Assembly (NCBI GenBank): GCA_035569835.1
Contig: DATMMF010000028.1
Coordinates: forward strand, 40,071 to 104,070
From: Solirubrobacteraceae bacterium
GTDB lineage: Bacteria; Actinomycetota; Thermoleophilia; Solirubrobacterales; Solirubrobacteraceae
DNA length: 64,000 bases
Direction of reading: 5' to 3'
How positions within the stretch are numbered: position 1 is the stretch's first letter; each line of letters opens with the position of its first letter. A program made the position numbers and the translations under genes. Below the pieces are notes generated by a model, which was not told where the DNA came from, did no database searches, and saw nothing but the letters and a program-made list of their open reading frames with translations. Below, piece by piece: positions 61,052 through 64,000 of the stretch.

Positions 61052-62037
61052 GCACGCTCGGGACGCGGTCCGCCAGCCGCCGCCTGCGACAGGCGCCGCG
61101 CCATCGCACGCAGCCTCGCGCGCAGCTCCGGTGAACCCTCGAGGAGCTCGAAGTCGACGTTCGGCGCGACGATCCTGAAGGCCAGCCAGTCGAGCTCGTC
61201 GTCGCTGGTCTCATACACGCACGCCCCTCCGCCGGGCTCCTCGCGCAGCTCCCCTCGCCCGAACGGCACGCGCCTGCGCACCTCGCCGGCGCCGACGAGG
61301 TAACGGACCCGCGCCTCGTGCCGGTAGACGACACCGGCCAGCGCCCGGGTGAGGTAGGTAGCCGCGTCGCCGCCGGGGATCGCGCGCCGCTCGAAGCGCG
61401 TGCCCGCTCCGGCCGGCCCCGAGACGCGGTCGACCCGGAACGTGCGCCAGCCGGTGCGCGACGGATCGAAGGCGAGCAGATACCAGCGCCGGCCGTGCGC
61501 GAGCAGCGCATGCGGCTCCACCATCCGGCGGCTGCGCTCGCCGTCGCGGCCGCGGTAGCCGAAGCGGAGCAGCTCGCCGTCGCGGCAGGCCGTGCCCAGC
61601 ACGGTCAGCACCGCCGCGTCGACGGTCGGGGCGCCGGCGCCGCCGACGACCTCGGCCGCGCCGAACGCCTGTACGCGCCGGCGCAGGTGCGAGGGCAGCA
61701 CCTGCTCGAGCTTGACGAGCGCGCGCAGCGCGGTCTCCTCAATGCCGGCGACCGCGGAGCGCGCCGCGGTGCGAAGCGCGATCGCGACCGCGAGCGCCTC
61801 CTCGTCGTCGAGCAGCAGCGGCGGCATCGCGGCGCCGGCGGTCAGCGAGTAGCCGCCGGCAGGACCGCTCGTCGAGTCGATCGGGTAGCCGAGCGCGCGC
61901 AGCCGCTCCACGTCACGGCGCACCGTCCTCGGCGAGACCTCGAGGCGCTGTGCCAGCAGCGTTCCGGGCCACTCGCGCCGGCCCTGCAGGAGCGAGAGCA
62001 GTGCGAGCAGGCGCCCGGCTGTCGGGGTCTCGGCCAC
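60991..62037 (-). CDS. YafY-type HTH-WYL-WCX transcriptional regulator
   Basis: RLEVSPRTVRRDVERLRALGYP HTH; RRWYLLAFD and WRTFRVDR; start GTG 62037. Confidence 0.95.
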   Translation of the reverse strand: MAETPTAGRLLALLSLLQGRREWPGTLLAQRLEVSPRTVRRDVERLRALGYPIDSTSGPAGGYSLTAGAAMPPLLLDDEEALAVAIALRTAARSAVAGIEETALRALVKLEQVLPSHLRRRVQAFGAAEVVGGAGAPTVDAAVLTVLGTACRDGELLRFGYRGRDGERSRRMVEPHALLAHGRRWYLLAFDPSRTGWRTFRVDRVSGPAGAGTRFERRAIPGGDAATYLTRALAGVVYRHEARVRYLVGAGEVRRRVPFGRGELREEPGGGACVYETSDDELDWLAFRIVAPNVDFELLEGSPELRARLRAMARRLSQAAAGGPRPERAQAGAGSSRSTTAKAGRARS

Positions 62038-62059
62038 GAGCACATGTTCCCGCACATCG

Positions 62060-62076
62060 AGGTCAGAACCTGACCT
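62060..62076. promoter_or_regulatory. Candidate WYL regulator operator
   Basis: Perfect inverted repeat AGGTCAG-aac-CTGACCT between the divergent WYL and VOC genes. Confidence 0.75.
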
Positions 62077-62120
62077 GAATCCTCCATACGGTGGGCACAC
62101 CCCAACGAGAGGAGCGACCG

Positions 62121-62495
62121 ATGGACTACCGGCTCGAGCTGATCACCGTCCCCGTCTCCGACGTCGACCGTGCGAAGACGTTCTACGCCGAGGCCGCAGG
62201 CTTCGTCGCCGAACACGACCACACGGTCGACGAGAACACGCGCTTCGTCCAGCTCACGCCCCCAGGCTCCGGCTGCTCGATCGCGATCGGCAAAGGGCTG
62301 ACCGAGGCCGCGCCCGGCTCGGCGCAGGGCCTCCAGCTCGTCGTGGCCGACGCCGATGCCGCCCACCGGGAGCTGAGCGCCAAAGGCGTGCAGGTCAGCG
62401 ACGTGCAGGAGTTCCCGTGGGGACGCTTCGTGTTCTTCGCCGACCCGGACGGCAACGGCTGGGCTGTACAGCAGCTGCCGCAGCGCGCCGCCTAG
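62121..62495 (+). CDS. VOC/glyoxalase family protein
   Basis: VPVSDVDRAKTFY, QLTPPGSGCSI, FADPDGNGWAVQ; SD GAGGAG. Confidence 0.92.
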   Translation: MDYRLELITVPVSDVDRAKTFYAEAAGFVAEHDHTVDENTRFVQLTPPGSGCSIAIGKGLTEAAPGSAQGLQLVVADADAAHRELSAKGVQVSDVQEFPWGRFVFFADPDGNGWAVQQLPQRAA

Positions 62496-63379
62496 AGCGT
62501 GACGGCCGCCTCGCGGCCCGATCGCGCGGCCCCGACCGACGCGACGATCACGAGTGCGATCCCGATCAACACCCGCCCGCCGAGGCGCTGGCCGAGCACG
62601 ATCAGGCCGGCCAGCGCTGCGACGGCCGGCTCGAGGCTCATCAGCACGCCGAACACCGCGGGCCTGATGCGCCGCAGCGCCTCGACCTCGAACGAATACG
62701 GGATCGCCGATGACAGCACGCCGACGGCGGCGCCCAGCGCGAGCGCTTCGCCGCTCACGAGCCCGCCCGCGCCTTCGACGATGCCGAGCGGCGCCACCGC
62801 GACCGTGCCGACGCACATCGCGAGCGCGAGGCCGGTACCGCCCTCGAATGCCTGGCCGAGGCGCGCATTGAGCACGATGTAGGTCCCCCACAGCGCGCCC
62901 GCGAGGAGCGCCAGCGCGACGCCGAGCGCATCGAGCCCGTGGCCGCCGCCGCGTGTCAGCGCGACGATCCCGACGGCCGCCAGCGCGACCCACACCAGGT
63001 CGAGGCGCCGGCGCGAGCCCGCGAGCGCCACGGTCAGCGGGCCCACGAACTCGAGCGCGACGGCGATGCCGAGCGGGATCCGGTCGATCGCGCCGTAGAA
63101 GCTCAGGTTCATCCCGGCCAGGACGAGCCCGAAGACGGCGGCAAGCTCGAGCTCGGCGCGCGTGCGCCCGGTCAGGCGCGGCCGCCAGACCGCGAGCAGC
63201 ACCAGCGAGCCGAACACGAGCCGCAGCAGCGCGGTGCCCGCAGGCCCCGCACGGTCGAACAGCGTCGCGGCCAGCGCGGCGCCGAACTGCACCGAGGCGA
63301 TCCCGCCGAGGACGAGCGCCGTCGAGGGCGTTCGCCCGAGCAGGCCGTCGGAGCGCGCTTTCTCGGGGGGAGCGGCCAT
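62492..63379 (-). CDS. EamA/DMT transporter (RhtA-like)
   Basis: SVQFGAALA, MNLSFY..RIPLGIAVALEFVGP, MSLEPAVAAL. Confidence 0.92.
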   Translation of the reverse strand: MAAPPEKARSDGLLGRTPSTALVLGGIASVQFGAALAATLFDRAGPAGTALLRLVFGSLVLLAVWRPRLTGRTRAELELAAVFGLVLAGMNLSFYGAIDRIPLGIAVALEFVGPLTVALAGSRRRLDLVWVALAAVGIVALTRGGGHGLDALGVALALLAGALWGTYIVLNARLGQAFEGGTGLALAMCVGTVAVAPLGIVEGAGGLVSGEALALGAAVGVLSSAIPYSFEVEALRRIRPAVFGVLMSLEPAVAALAGLIVLGQRLGGRVLIGIALVIVASVGAARSGREAAVTL

Positions 63380-63453
63380 GGGCGCCCGATCGTAGCCCGC
63401 GGCCGTCGCCGCTCGGGGTAGGATCCGCCGCCACCGAGCAGGGGGCAGGCGCG

Positions 63454-63900
63454 ATGGGCGAGACCAACCAGGCGATCACACCGCAGCTCAGCGTCGAGCG
63501 CCTCGCCGGCACCTTCCCCGGCGACCTCGGGATCGAGCTCACCGAGATCACCGACGAGCACGTGCGGGGGCGGATGTCCGTCGACCGCCGCCACCTGCAC
63601 CCGATGGGCTACGTGCACGGGGGGGCGTGGGTCGCATTCGCGGACACGGTCGCCGCGTGGGGCACGCTGCGCCACCTGCCCGAAGGCCGCGGCTTCACGA
63701 CCGTCGAGCTGAAGATCAACGTCATCACCTCGGCCGGCGAGGGCGACGAGCTGACGGCGGTCGGCGAGCCGCTTCACGTCGGCTCGCGCACGCACGTCTG
63801 GCAGGTCCGGGTGTACAAGGCCGGCACGGAGCGCCGGCCGACTTCCCCAATCGACGAGCACCTGGCGGCCAGCTTCACGTGCACGCAGATGGTGCTCTAG
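63454..63900 (+). CDS. PaaI family thioesterase
   Basis: HPMGYVHGGAWVAFAD and TVELKIN motifs. Confidence 0.9.
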   Translation: MGETNQAITPQLSVERLAGTFPGDLGIELTEITDEHVRGRMSVDRRHLHPMGYVHGGAWVAFADTVAAWGTLRHLPEGRGFTTVELKINVITSAGEGDELTAVGEPLHVGSRTHVWQVRVYKAGTERRPTSPIDEHLAASFTCTQMVL

Positions 63901-63998
63901 CGGGCTTCGAGCGCGGCCATCGCCGCGTTGCGACCGGGGATGCCGCTGATGCCGCCGCCGCGCCGCGCACCCGCCCCGCACAGCAGCACTGACGGGAT
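63897..63998 (-). CDS. 3' end of a phytoene-desaturase-like FAD oxidoreductase (partial)
   Basis: Minus frame reads IPSVLLCGAGARRGGGISGIPGRNAAMAALEAR*. Confidence 0.75.
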   Translation of the reverse strand: MPSVLLCGAGARRGGGISGIPGRNAAMAALEAR

Positions 63999-64000
63999 CT

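Overview
High-GC chromosomal segment with about 55 genes. It is probably from a thermoleophilian actinobacterium (Solirubrobacterales/Conexibacter-like), which is an inference from gene families and style. I saw no rRNA, tRNA, CRISPR array or mobile element. From left to right it contains: gap-rapZ-uvrC; an ABC-F ATPase; lipid and redox genes (enoyl-CoA hydratase, two-domain fatty acyl-CoA reductase, ABC exporter, MBL hydrolase, thioesterase, two aldo/keto reductases, CatE-like VOC); a LexA-box-controlled mutasome cassette (imuB, a small WW protein, dnaE2) with no imuA; a ~13 kb minus-strand Mce/MlaD operon; purM; an acyl-CoA dehydrogenase; a 1,000-aa secreted repeat protein; a BVMO-GMC-hydrolase-PucR module; TetR/MFS; a GlnA4-type gamma-glutamylation cluster; and a WYL/VOC divergon. 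Four observations stand out. (1) The Mce operon has six Mce subunits and an Mkl-type ATPase but no YrbE/MlaE permease, and it carries two predicted peptidoglycan hydrolases, one wedged between Mce genes. (2) ImuB appears naturally split, with its C-terminal WW domain as a separate gene coupled to dnaE2. (3) An uncharacterised Cys-pair domain occurs once in a 260-aa secreted protein and four times in the 1,018-aa one. (4) Glu/Lys codon use switches sharply to GAA/AAA in these envelope genes. All annotations come from motif recognition by eye; no searches were run.
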